Source: Candidatus Omnitrophota bacterium (lineage in GTDB: Bacteria > Omnitrophota > Omnitrophia > Omnitrophales > Aquincolibacteriaceae). From it: a DNA stretch of 52,071 bases. The stretch covers positions 1 to 52,071 of the forward strand of contig JAYSWD010000062.1 of assembly GCA_043718225.1 (NCBI GenBank), given 5' to 3'. The notes under the pieces are model-generated. The model worked only from the letters and a program-made list of their open reading frames with translations, was not told where the DNA came from and ran no database searches. The position numbers were made by a program, and so were the translations under genes. This document shows positions 19,099 to 30,100 of the stretch, in pieces (position 1 is the stretch's first letter; each line of letters begins with the position of its first letter).

Positions 19099-19476
19099 CT
19101 AGCCTTTCTTAATTGCCCCTAAAATCATAAAAAGCCAACCCAGCATTAAAAGCAACCCGCCGATAGGCGTCATAGCACCAAATCCGCGAATACCCGTTAG
19201 CGCTAATATATAGAGACTCCCCGAAAAAATAATGATTCCGGCCGTGAAGCAAGTGCCTGCGCGGGAAATCCAAACCGGGTTAAAAATAGATACCGCCCAA
19301 GAGGCTGCAAGTAAAGCTAATGCGTGATAAGCCTGATAACGCACGCCGGTTTCAAAAATATGAAGCATTTCCGGAGTTAAGTGTGTTTTTAAAGCATGCG
19401 CGCCAAAAGCTCCCAATAGAACGCTCAAAAAGCCAAAGACCGCGCCTGTAATAAAAAGAGTTTTTTGCATGGCCAT
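19099..19476 (-). CDS. DUF423 (YgdD/TMEM256-like) membrane protein
   Basis: 125 aa, four TM helices, with the GAFGAHALK signature. Confidence 0.8.
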   Translation of the reverse strand: MAMQKTLFITGAVFGFLSVLLGAFGAHALKTHLTPEMLHIFETGVRYQAYHALALLAASWAVSIFNPVWISRAGTCFTAGIIIFSGSLYILALTGIRGFGAMTPIGGLLLMLGWLFMILGAIKKG

Positions 19477-19570
19477 ATTATACAGAAAAAGGGAAACCCT
19501 GATAGACGGCTTCTCTTTTTTTCGCTTACACTTATCTGTTTTCTTTAACCATTACTTGAGGGGAGACTCC

Positions 19571-19936
19571 ATGAAAAATTCACCTATTCTTAAACTTTCA
19601 GCGCTTATGCTCGCTTTCGGCGTGGCATTATCGGGCTGCAGCACAACAAAAGTCGCCAAAGACTTTAACGGTGTTTCAACGACCGACGGCGCGCCGATAG
19701 CTCATGTTAGTACATCTAATATGGCGATTCATTTACTTCTGGGTAAAAATCCTGCTTGGGGCAATGCCAGTCTTCCGCAAACGGTTTCCGACTTTACATC
19801 CGCGGCCAAAGCTCAAGGCGCGACAAAAGTCCGCATCGTTCAATCGAACAGCACTTCATGGTGGTTTTTATTCTTCCCCTTCTCTTTGCTTGTTACACCG
19901 GTAACCAGCAATGTAGCCGGAGATGTGCTCGCGTAA
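19571..19936 (+). CDS. lipoprotein (architecture resembles Bor/Iss family)
   Basis: The ATG at 19571 gives MKNSPILKLSALMLAFGVALSGC (lipobox). GGGGAG RBS. The track ORF start at 19469 is an unlikely extension. Confidence 0.6.
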   Translation: MKNSPILKLSALMLAFGVALSGCSTTKVAKDFNGVSTTDGAPIAHVSTSNMAIHLLLGKNPAWGNASLPQTVSDFTSAAKAQGATKVRIVQSNSTSWWFLFFPFSLLVTPVTSNVAGDVLA

Positions 19937-19951
19937 AAAAACATCTGTAAC

Positions 19952-19988
19952 AAACGCGGAACTGTTTTTAAACGGTTCCGCGTTTTTC
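19952..19988 (+). terminator. rho-independent terminator
   Basis: AAACGCGGAAC-loop-GTTCCGCGTTT followed by TTT, 16 nt after the lipoprotein stop. Confidence 0.75.
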
Positions 19989-20007
19989 ATTTAAGCAATC
20001 CAGGGTG

Positions 20008-20043
20008 GAAAGACAGGAGACAAGAGACTGGGGACTAGAGACC
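20008..20043. repeat. GTCTC/GAGAC-word repeat arm (left flank of the four-helix-bundle gene)
   Basis: GAAAGACAGGAGACAAGAGACTGGGGACTAGAGACC. Contains the stop codon of the four-helix-bundle gene. Imperfect inverted partner at 20415-20459. Confidence 0.65.
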
Positions 20044-20409
20044 TTTGGCAATCTCTTCTTGCACGGCCGAGATAAGGCCCGATAAACAACGCGCACATTC
20101 TTCGAAAGATATCTCGATTTTTTTGAATTCTTCACCTTTTAAATATTTTAAGTCATGGGCAATACCCATTAAACATTCATATTCAGCTAATGATGCCTTA
20201 GAAATAAAAAGGAAATTTAAATAATCTTTTTTATGTTGTCTTGTTGCTCCTTCAGCAATATTTGCTACCGCTGAAATAATGGCACGTCGTATCTGAGATG
20301 TTAATCCGTAAATTTCGAAGGGTGGGAAAGTTTGTGTAAGACGATAAGTTTCTAAAGATAATTTACGAATAATCTGCCATGCTTTGATCTTTTTATAGTC
20401 TCTTCGCAT
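20035..20409 (-). CDS. four-helix-bundle protein (23S rRNA intervening-sequence protein family)
   Basis: From M42 of the track ORF: MRRDYKKIKAWQ..L..ETYRLTQTFP..E.YGLTSQIRRA.ISAVANIAEG...HKKDYLNFL.ISKASL.E.E, the typical signature of this family. Confidence 0.85.
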   Translation of the reverse strand: MRRDYKKIKAWQIIRKLSLETYRLTQTFPPFEIYGLTSQIRRAIISAVANIAEGATRQHKKDYLNFLFISKASLAEYECLMGIAHDLKYLKGEEFKKIEISFEECARCLSGLISAVQEEIAKGL

Positions 20410-20414
20410 TTCTT

Positions 20415-20459
20415 CTAGGTCTCCTGTCTCTAGTCTCTGGTCTTTAGTCTCCCGACAGG
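20415..20459. repeat. GTCTC-word repeat arm (right flank), overlapping the nuoI 3' end
   Basis: CTAGGTCTCCTGTCTCTAGTCTCTGGTCTTTAGTCTCCCGACAGG. Encodes the last residues (..LSGD) and the TAA stop (20444-20446) of nuoI. Confidence 0.65.
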
Positions 20460-21049
20460 ACTTTTTGAAGGTCTTTCTTGGCGGCAATCTGGGAATATAA
20501 AGGGTTGGGATTGAGTAATTCCACAATATCAAGCTTCATGCTTTCGCGCGTATATGACGCCATATCGAGAATCTGCGTATCCATACGAATCGCGTCTTCC
20601 GGACAGGCTTCAACGCAAAAGCCGCAGAAAACGCATTTCCCGAGATCAATATCAAAACTTTTGGGCCGCTTTTCAATATTTACATCGGGATGCTCTTCGG
20701 CCACGATTGTAATGCACTTTGCGGGGCAAACTGTTTCGCACATCATGCAGGCAACACAGCGCGGTGAATTGTCCGCGCGCTTGGTTAAGCGGTGGCGCGT
20801 ACGCAAACGCGAAGGCGGCTTGCGCTTTTCTTCGGGATACATAATCGTCACACCCGCACGGATCAATTTAAAAAGCCCGATTGCGTGCATACTGTGGAAA
20901 AAAAGATTTTTCCAGAAATGTCCGCCTGTAATCATCACTCCGCGAATGATTTCAGGAATATAAATCTGCTGCCAGAAGTTGAGTACAGGCCGGTCAACGA
21001 CCTTGGTTTTAATCGCCATAAGATTGGGAATTGTAGCACAACTCGCCAA
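20444..21049 (-). CDS. nuoI: NADH-quinone oxidoreductase subunit I (2x[4Fe-4S])
   Basis: CVACMMCETVCP and CVFCGFCVEACP ferredoxin motifs, plus the NuoI-type N-terminus (TIMYPEEKR.PPSRLR.RH.L). The start may be the ATG at 21019. Confidence 0.88.
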   Translation of the reverse strand: MASCATIPNLMAIKTKVVDRPVLNFWQQIYIPEIIRGVMITGGHFWKNLFFHSMHAIGLFKLIRAGVTIMYPEEKRKPPSRLRTRHRLTKRADNSPRCVACMMCETVCPAKCITIVAEEHPDVNIEKRPKSFDIDLGKCVFCGFCVEACPEDAIRMDTQILDMASYTRESMKLDIVELLNPNPLYSQIAAKKDLQKVLSGD

Positions 21050-21064
21050 ACCACCTCAATCCTC

Positions 21065-21092
21065 AACCGCGCAAGGTTCAACCTACGCGGTT
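21065..21092. repeat. palindromic element between the giant-ORF stop and nuoI
   Basis: AACCGCGCAAGGTTCAACCTACGCGGTT, a near copy of the perfect palindrome at 45207-45233 inside the giant ORF. Confidence 0.65.
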
Positions 21093-21101
21093 AAGGTGGG
21101 G

Positions 21102-24100
21102 TTAAGCGGCGCTGGAAGTGATGCGCGAGCTAAAAATGCGATCGACCAGCCAGGCTAGATCAAGATCAAGGTAAAATCTCTTAATCTGTGAATCCATTAG
21201 CCGCTGAGTGTCAGGCACAACTTTTTTAAGTTCGACAGCAACTTGAATGTCATCGTTCGAACTTAACCAGCCGCGCAAAGCCGTCGACTTATTCCCCCGC
21301 GCAAATTTAGCGGCGTCAACAACAGATAAAAACGCTTTTACGTTTTTAAGCCCAAGCAGATCCACTTGCCTTTGAATTTCAATGCGTTGCTTTTCGTTTT
21401 CCGCCAGCACAGCCACAAATTGACCCACATAATTATGTTTAACCGCTTGCAAAAACCCTTTATCAAGCGCCAATTTTTCGCCTAAAACAAGTCCATCCGT
21501 AATATATGCGGCCGAATTCAGTTTCTGCAAAGCACGATCCGTCTTTGCCATTTTCATTTGTTCCGTCAGTTCAGAAAAGGCTACCGCAAAAAACTCCCGA
21601 AACTCGCTTCTCGAAAAACCCCTAACGACTTTAACTGAAAAAACATCTTCTGCTACTTTTGCCGTTGCTTTCGCCGCATCCGACACCAACCGGTTTTCGG
21701 AGCGGTAAAAATCAACATTTTCCGATATTTTTTTCCATTGCGGCGGTTTCTTAACAATATCCGCTCCACGTATAAAAAAAGCCGCGATGCCCGTTGGATT
21801 ATTCCTTAAATGCGCTGAAAGCTGAGGCGGGTTTCCGGCCAGACCAAAACCATAAATTAATCCCGCATCTCCGTATGCAAATGGATAATCATAGTTATGA
21901 GCCATGTAAAATTTGAGTGTTATCTGCCTCCCCTGAAACTTAATTACAAGCTGTCTGGCCGTATCATCAAACTTTAATAATTGAATATTTTTAGAATTTA
22001 AAAAACCCCTTAAGTAGCCTTCGCCGGGATAAAAAAGGAAATCAAATCCCCTGTGATCGACATAACTAATTTCATCTGACATATCGCCTAATACAAAAAT
22101 GGGTGTAAGAATATCTAGCCCGGCACTGTAATAAACAGCTTTTCTACGGTTCGCCTCGGGAACCAGACGCCGCACGGCTTCTTTTTCAGCATGAGTAATC
22201 CAACCTGCCTTGCGCACCTCTCCTTCCTTTGCTCTTTCCCAAATGTATCGATACTCAGGCCAATTGGAATATTCCGGTAAAAGAGCGCGTATTTCAGCAG
22301 GCATGCTTCGCGCATAGCCCAACGCTAAATCGTACGGAATTTTTACTCGTTCACTCCCGGGAGTCTCGCTTACTACATCAAGTCGTCTGTTGTTTTGAAT
22401 GAGCTTGTTAATACGATATTCTTTCCTTTTTAAAACAAACTCAAAAATTTCAGCAATGCTCCTGCGATTCTTATCAAAGTCTCTTCCTAAAATTAGAATC
22501 GCTTCCGTTAAATGCTTTGTTTTTTGGCGCGTCATCAGCCAATAAAGCTCTTTTGAACCCGGCTTCAACGCTGTTGCTTTTTCAATAATTGTTTTTACGC
22601 GTGGATTAATTACACTTATTTTTTGACTCCGCATCTCGGAGCGCTTTACCGCACGGGTCGGCGATGAAGCTGAAGCTTTGGCGCCAGGGGAAGCGGGCGC
22701 GGCCTTCACCGCTTTTTCTATTTCAGGCGGCGCGATAAAGCCGTTTTTTGAGCTGTCGTCCGCCGGTATCACATGAATCCAAAATCCTTTAGGAAGTTCA
22801 ACGCCTGACAAATCCTTTTTCAATTGATCTCTCAATTTTTTTGTATCGCCGCGCCCCTGTTCAAATGCTACGGCGGGCAAGTCAACACTGCCGCGTTTGA
22901 TACGAACCATTCTCACATAATTGCCCGAATCAGGCGGTACTTCCATTGCGTCTTCCTCGAGTTCGGCGGTAAAAGAAACTTCCAATCGTACGGCTTGCGT
23001 GCGTACTCCCCGCGTGATTCCAAATTGATAAATACCGCTAATTACTACTCTAGTATTAAATAAATCTTCCGCTGACACATCCTCATATAACTTTTCATCC
23101 AGCGAATTGTCGGGGCGTCGAGTTATTACAATCCCCATTCTGTCCGGCGGCTCGCCTCTCGCTCCTTCTCCGTCCCGCGCTTCGGAGCGGATAGCGCCTT
23201 TTGCATCCGGAACAACATGGTTATCATCGTGGGTTACCGCAACCCCCCGTAACTCAGAACGTTCTGTTGCTTCCGCGCTATTCGGTTGCGCAACGGCTAA
23301 ATTATGTGAAACTCCGCTAATATCTTCAGTGGACAATCTCTCGTACCATGCTTTTTGCGCGCTAATAAATGAGCTCCCTTTTAATCTTTTGACATAGCCA
23401 CTATCTTTAAGCGCGCTAGGATGCCACTTGTAGTGCGTTTTCTGTGCTGCAAGATTCATTTCCCGCATGTGAACTCGGCTCCCATGATGAAAATAAACTT
23501 GAAAATTAATGTGCTCTACGGATTCTGCGGTACGACCTGCAATAAACATTTGATTTAAGAGTGTCAATATTTGAGCGCCTGAAGGATGGGCTTCAAATTG
23601 CAGTCTTTCAATCCTTGCGGGTGTTTCATCCCGCTTATTCAAAAGCTGCTGAGCAGGATCCCTTTCACCAAAAACATCCACAAACACAATCGCATTTCTT
23701 GAATCCCATTTCAATCTTTGCGCAAATTCACCGGCTGTTCCATTGCCATTGGCGGGACTGGCGATAATAACAGTCGGAATATTATTTGGAGCGGTGTGTT
23801 CTTGTAATGCCCGGTCATGACCACCGCGTGAAACCAGTATTACATTGGGGCCCGTTAGTTCTTCTGGAAATGTTGCTTGCCAATTGGCCGTATAAGTGCC
23901 TGCTTTCCCGTCGACAACAATTTTCATGCGGTTGCCAAACTTAGCCCTATTTTTAAGCAAAATATGAAGCACACGCTGCGCCATACCATTTGCGCTGACG
24001 GGTAATAAAATCTTGCCCTCTTGTTTGACGGTTGCTTGTACTAACGCGACCAGTTTTTCTTCTTCTTGCTTTTGGTCCGGAATAATTTCCATGCCGCGCG

Positions 24101-27100
24101 TTGATTCAGCAATCACCGTATGGATTGGAATATCAGGTGACCATTGCTTTAAACCCACAATAGGCCCCTGGTCATCAACGGATATATCCCCTAAAAACAC
24201 GGTGTTACCATAGGGCGTTGCCACCACCACCGGGGCCGCGCCACGCAAATGCCCAGCCTCAGGGTAAAACTGCACTTTCATCTCTGGGCTTACGGTATAC
24301 CATTTACCGGGTTCAAGCGTACGCACGTATTTTTTTTCTTTATCAAGAAATTCATTCACATCGTCAATGCTATAACCAGCCGAGCCACCAATCATACCTT
24401 TCAAAACTATCGGTAAAAGTGCGCGCGACCCCGGTGTCAAATAAACCGGCACCTCTTTTTTTAACTTCTTCCATAAGGTAAGCACATAGCCCACATGATC
24501 ACCATGAACATGGGTAATGAATATTGCTTTCGGCGGATTTTGCTCATTCAATTCAGAATAATCCGGAGCGCGCAATTCCTCTCCATGGGTGCTCGAGCCT
24601 GAATCAACAATGATTGTCGTTTCACCCAGCGTAAATCCAAGCGAGGTAGTGCCGGTCCTATTTCCTCCAAAAGAACTGATTTGCATAACATGCTTGGCTT
24701 GAACGCGAACTCGGCTCGCGGCTTCAGCTGCCGCATTTCTTTCTGCGGCGAGCCTAGCCGCAGCAGCCTCGGCTTCATTTTTTTCACGAAAATATTTTTT
24801 TACAAAATATTCCTGAATCTTTTCCGGAAATACGTCAGTGCCCAAACCATACTGTTTGGCATGCGCAACACTTGTCCATGTCCCTGTAATTTGATTGGCG
24901 TGATCTGGAAATTGGTCCATGTATTCTTTGATATGATCACGAATGCCTTCCAAATGTGTCACTAATTCCAAATAGGTGTCGGGATTTGTCAAATGCCAAA
25001 GCGTGAAATGAACTGCGGGCACCAAAACTTCATCCAAAAAGGGTTCGAAGGACTGCGCTTCGAAATCCATGCTTCCGTTGAGATTTGGGTCAAAAATCAG
25101 AGTGAGGTTTTGACGAATAACGCGCGCTTGTTCGAGCGTCAACTTGTTCGGCAAATCATTGATGCCTTGGATGCGAATATGTTCAAAAAGAATCTTCAGC
25201 ATAGCAAACTTAACCACCTCATTTCCGGAATACAATAATTCCGGCAAAATATCTTTCAAATGATTAAGGGCTTCGGCCTGTAGAGGCAAGTCATATGCAT
25301 CCAAAAAATGACTTAGTAATTCATTGAATCTTTGCTCGTTTTCAATCAGAGTGCCGCTTCTTTTGCGAGCAAGAGTTTGGATATGGTCAAACAGCTCTTT
25401 TTTAGCTATGGCCACTTTCGCTTGCAGCGAACGATATTCATGCTGAACTTTATCCAGTCTTTTCCCGGTATTATAATTAAAAATCAAAAGAACATATTTG
25501 GCTGGAGTTCCTCCCGCTACTGGACTTGTTTTTACTCGCAAAATTATGTGCGGCATCTCATCATGACTCATTCCTTCCCTTAAAATAAAATCTCCTGCGG
25601 AATCTAATTCAAAAAACTGCGGCGTCATCAGGCCCACTCCCTCCATCTCTTTAAAAATTGAGCCGTGTTTCATCGCCCCCGGAACCGAATAGGCGGTTTC
25701 CCGCCCCTTTGAAAAATAGAATGGCGAGCTAACTTTTCCGGCTAAATCATTTTGAGCCAATCTTTGCAGCATGGGTCGCAGCGTGCCTGGCTGTGCCATG
25801 TTTGCAAACTCATTGTTTGCCCCTCTTGTTTGTGCTGCCGCTTCGCGCGCTTTGTCGATTTTGCGAATAACGCGCAACCACCGCAAAGTTTTTTTCAAAC
25901 GGAAAAATATTTCTTCATATTCCTTTTTGCCTTGTGGCAGCCAAGCATCATCCGAATCCAGCTTTTCTAATCGGACCGCGTCTCGCAATATATTCCAGGT
26001 TCCAGACCCCCTGTCGAAAGGATTGTCATTTAAAAGAGTCTGTAGTTTATTTGAATGTTTTTTTACGATATAGACGGGATCTTTTTCCTCAAGCACTGCT
26101 TTCAACCGCTCCGGTATTTGAGCCAACGTTTCAGGTGCATTTACAAAAGCGGCAGGAATCGTTACGACTTTGTCACCAACTAGAATTTGAGTCCCTTCAC
26201 GCGCGAGTGCAATAGTTTCATAACCGGTGCCAGTTGCCATGAGCGGTGCTAATAAGCCCGCCAAATGATTCAGGTTCCGATATTCAACAACTGATTGAGG
26301 TTCAATCTTTTCCACAGCGGGATGCAGACCCGGAAGAATTTCGATCAAACCTGACGGATAAGAAGAAGGCTCCCCTCCGGATAAATCCACCTGTCCGAGA
26401 CATGCTTCTACATTCGCGGAATAAAAAATTAAATGGTTTTTTCTTACCTGAATTAAAACAGAACTTTGGCCGGTTGCCTGTGAAATATTGAGCCTGATTT
26501 TTTTGTCTTTATATATAAATGTAACTAAACCATCCGAATTGACAGGCAAAGGTAGCGAAAAAAAACCGCTGCCGGCGATTCGGCGCTCTGCGCCGACCGG
26601 TTGCGCTTTTTCCACTATTTCCGTGGAAGGAAGCTTTTGCCAGGTCCCCACGCGATTACCCTCTTCTCTTTTAAAACTTTCAAGCATCGTAATCAAAAGG
26701 ACTTCTGATTCCTCCGCGCCCATCGCCGTCGGCATAACGCGTGATATTTGCACCTGATTTTCAAAAACTGCAACTCTCAATATTTCGCCCGCTTTTACCT
26801 GATCAATGATGTATCTATAAGAAGAGCCCGGAATATGCAGCCCATCTTTTTGATAAATGCCTGTCCATACCGCCCGCACCTGACCGGACACTCCAAGCCA
26901 TACGGGATAACGCTCAGGATTAAGCAAGTCGGCCTCCGGAAATTCCTCGGGAGCAAATACAGAGGGCTGTGAAAAGCGCAACTGCGCTTTGCCGGCACCG
27001 GGTTTCAAATAAGGCCATTCACGGGACTGTGTCGGAATCGCATTGTCCTCGTCGTTAATTCCCTCGGGATAATCCGCCGCAAATTGTTTTTTCCATGATC

Positions 27101-30100
27101 TAAAATCCTCCCGCAAGGCCGTACTATTTTTTGCGGGAGCGCGAACATATTGAATCAAAAACTTTTTAAACTCATCGAGTGCCGGAATAGAAACTCCGCC
27201 CGGATGTAAACGCGCAAACTCAGAAAATTTCTTATAAAGAAAATGGTTGCCCGCTGACAAATCTTGCATCCCAAGGCTGCTCCATTGCACAGCCATGAAT
27301 ACATCCAGAAAATTCCGCGCTGCTTTATCAGTTAAACGATCCGTCCCTGCAATTGTTTCTAAATTTTCCGCCAACCAGGCGAAAAGCCCGTTGGGGCTAG
27401 TGAACATAGTGTAATGGCGGAACAAGTCCCGGTCGTTCCCTGGTTTTTTGTGTGCTTCCAACAAAGCGTGCGTCGAAGAATAATATTTCAAGGATTGCTC
27501 CCAAAGCGGCAATAAAACTTTCGCCTGAAGACGGCTAATCTGTGCGGCCCATGGGCCGACATCTATTCCGCTTGGCGCAAAATACCCCGGGCGTTTAGTG
27601 TGTTCGGTCAATTGCGCTCGAACCTTCATGAGTGAGATAAACAGGTTTTTCTCAGGTTCGTTCGCGCTCGTGAAATACGTCGCTTTTTCGGGTTGAAGCC
27701 AAGCCAATATATCAGACCATAAACTCTGCGCGTAAGTCTGAATCCGCACGGATTTGGTTGGGCCGTCAAAATGAAAAAATAACTTCGGTCGCGGCGCGTA
27801 AAATTGCGCGAAACGTGGATAAACCGTCACGACTTCCACTTTTCCGTCGGGCGTTCGCGAGCTTTGTTCTTCGTTAATCAAACTCAGTCCGGGCCAGTTT
27901 AAATTTTCCGCAGGAGAATCATCTCCCGCGACCATAAGTCCGCGCCGATGCCCGGATAAAATTTGAAGTATTTCCAAAATTTTTAAGGGTTTGATCGCGC
28001 CAAGAACCGGAACGGGAACAACATTGTCCGCCTGATTCCAAGTGTACATGCTTAATGTTTCTTGGCGCCATCCCTCGGGCATATCAAAGAAAAATAGCTT
28101 GTAGAGTTTTTCCTCTTGTTTAGTTTGAGCCTCAAAGGCTTCCGAGGATAGTCCAGAAAATACGGTATGATGAATGATCAGGGGCGGGGTAGGACTAAAA
28201 ACAAACTTTCTTTCTCTCAACGACCTTTCTACCTTCTGGGCAATGTCAGTCTCCGAAGGTTCACCTACAAGCCCTTGATGCCCAAGCGGTGTCTGGTCGT
28301 TTAATTCGTCTTTGACCATCGAAAGCATAGTTTTGTACGTCTCATTTTGGACACTGAGCAAATTATACCGGTAAACACAAAATATAAAAAGCGGCGCTAC
28401 AATTTTGAAAAGGCCTTCTAGCAAAACTTCACGCTGCTCTTTATTGCTCTGAGATATCCCAGACGGCAAAGCGGGGGTCAAAATATCCTTTTTCACCTCG
28501 ATGAGTGGCACAAGCTTCGCAGTGAGATAGCCGGCTTGCTGAAAAACAGGGTACGGTTTATCTTCTTTGTCGTAACGCATCCAGTTTTCCATTAAATACT
28601 CGGTGCTAAAATAGGGTGAGCCTTCCGTAAAGGCGTTAAATCTCGCGACGGCAGATTTTAAAAAGCGCGGCTCAGTTAAATCGACAAATTTTTGATAAAG
28701 TTCCAAATATTTCTCATTCTTAGAAGCGCCAAAAACACTTTTTGAAAGCTTTCCGATTAAGCCATCTTCTCTGGGCAAGCCTCCCCGATCAGTCTTTGAT
28801 AAAAGACTTTCTATGCCGGCTCGAAACAATGCCTCTGAAGTGAAATCTAAATATTCTTCTTTGTCCTTAAAGGCCGCACGGTCAAAAAAACCATTTCCAA
28901 GACTCATTTTATTTTTGCTTGTAAACCCAAGCAAATAAGAGTCCTTGCTCCACCGAAGCTCATCAAAACCATAAATTTCTGGCTCCGCCCCGCTATTTAC
29001 AATGGCCTGAAGATGTTGCAAAACCAGATTTACGTATTTCATTCGGGATCTTGATCCAATTTTCTCTTTAATTTTTTGAATAAGCGGATCTAAAGTTTCT
29101 CTTGAGAGCCGCGTCTGGACAACAATGGGATCCTGCGCAAATTGCGCGGCCTCGCCTTGGGCCAACCGCATTTCGGAGCGGGAATAAGTGTAGATAAACT
29201 GTAACTGGTGCTGCCTGTTTTCGTAGCCAAGAAAATGATAAAAAATCCAACCGTCGGCTAATTGCAAAATGCCCATAGGCTTCTTTTTGAGATCAAGCGA
29301 GGCTGTGCTCGCAACCCCCTCCGCGATGTCAGGATTGATCCAGGCATGCTTATTTCCCGACTTATTCGCAGCCACCTTAAATAATCCATGCCGGTTTTTA
29401 GAATGTAATTCCAAACGCAACCCGCTTGCCGATCGTTTAACAGTTGCGTCAATGAGTTCGTGAATATTAAACTTTTGATTTGTGCGGACTCTGCGTACTT
29501 CAGCTGAAGCAATCCTGATGTTGGGCGGCAATCGCTGAGCGATCTCTTTAAATTTAATCATGCTGCCGGGAGTCACAACCACTGTCATTTGAATGTCCTC
29601 ACCTCTTCTAACCAACTCAAGCATTTGAAATTCTGATGCCCTTATTTCCGCATGGACGTCTGGAGCAGCCGTCCCCGGCGAATAAGACAAATATCCTCCG
29701 CCATACTCCGGAATCCACCGGAGAGAAAATCGCTCTTTGCCTAAAGGGGTTTGCAAATCGTATCCGCCCAACACGGCGTCGATCAAAATTTTTGAATTTT
29801 TGGGCAAATAAGGCCTAGCCGCTAAAACAAATTCACGAAGAAATTGTGTCGCGTCATCAGCGGACCTCGCGGCGAAATCCGTCATTTGAAAAGCCGGGGG
29901 AAATACCACCTCCGCGGGCGATGGATTCCGCACCCTTAACGTAAACGCGTTATCAGGGGCACTTGTTTGGAGTTTGATCATTTCAAACTTTTGCACAAGC
30001 GGATCAAAGACCCACTCTTTGAAGCTTTTTTGAAAAGCGCCTACGTCCTTCAAACCCCCGTTATTATTTACACCGCCGGGCACGGGGCGAATAACCCCCT

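Noticed and set aside
20410-20532. Upstream 41 codons of the four-helix-bundle ORF.
   Set aside because: They overlap the nuoI 3' end and the repeat arm. The family-typical sequence starts at the ATG at 20409.
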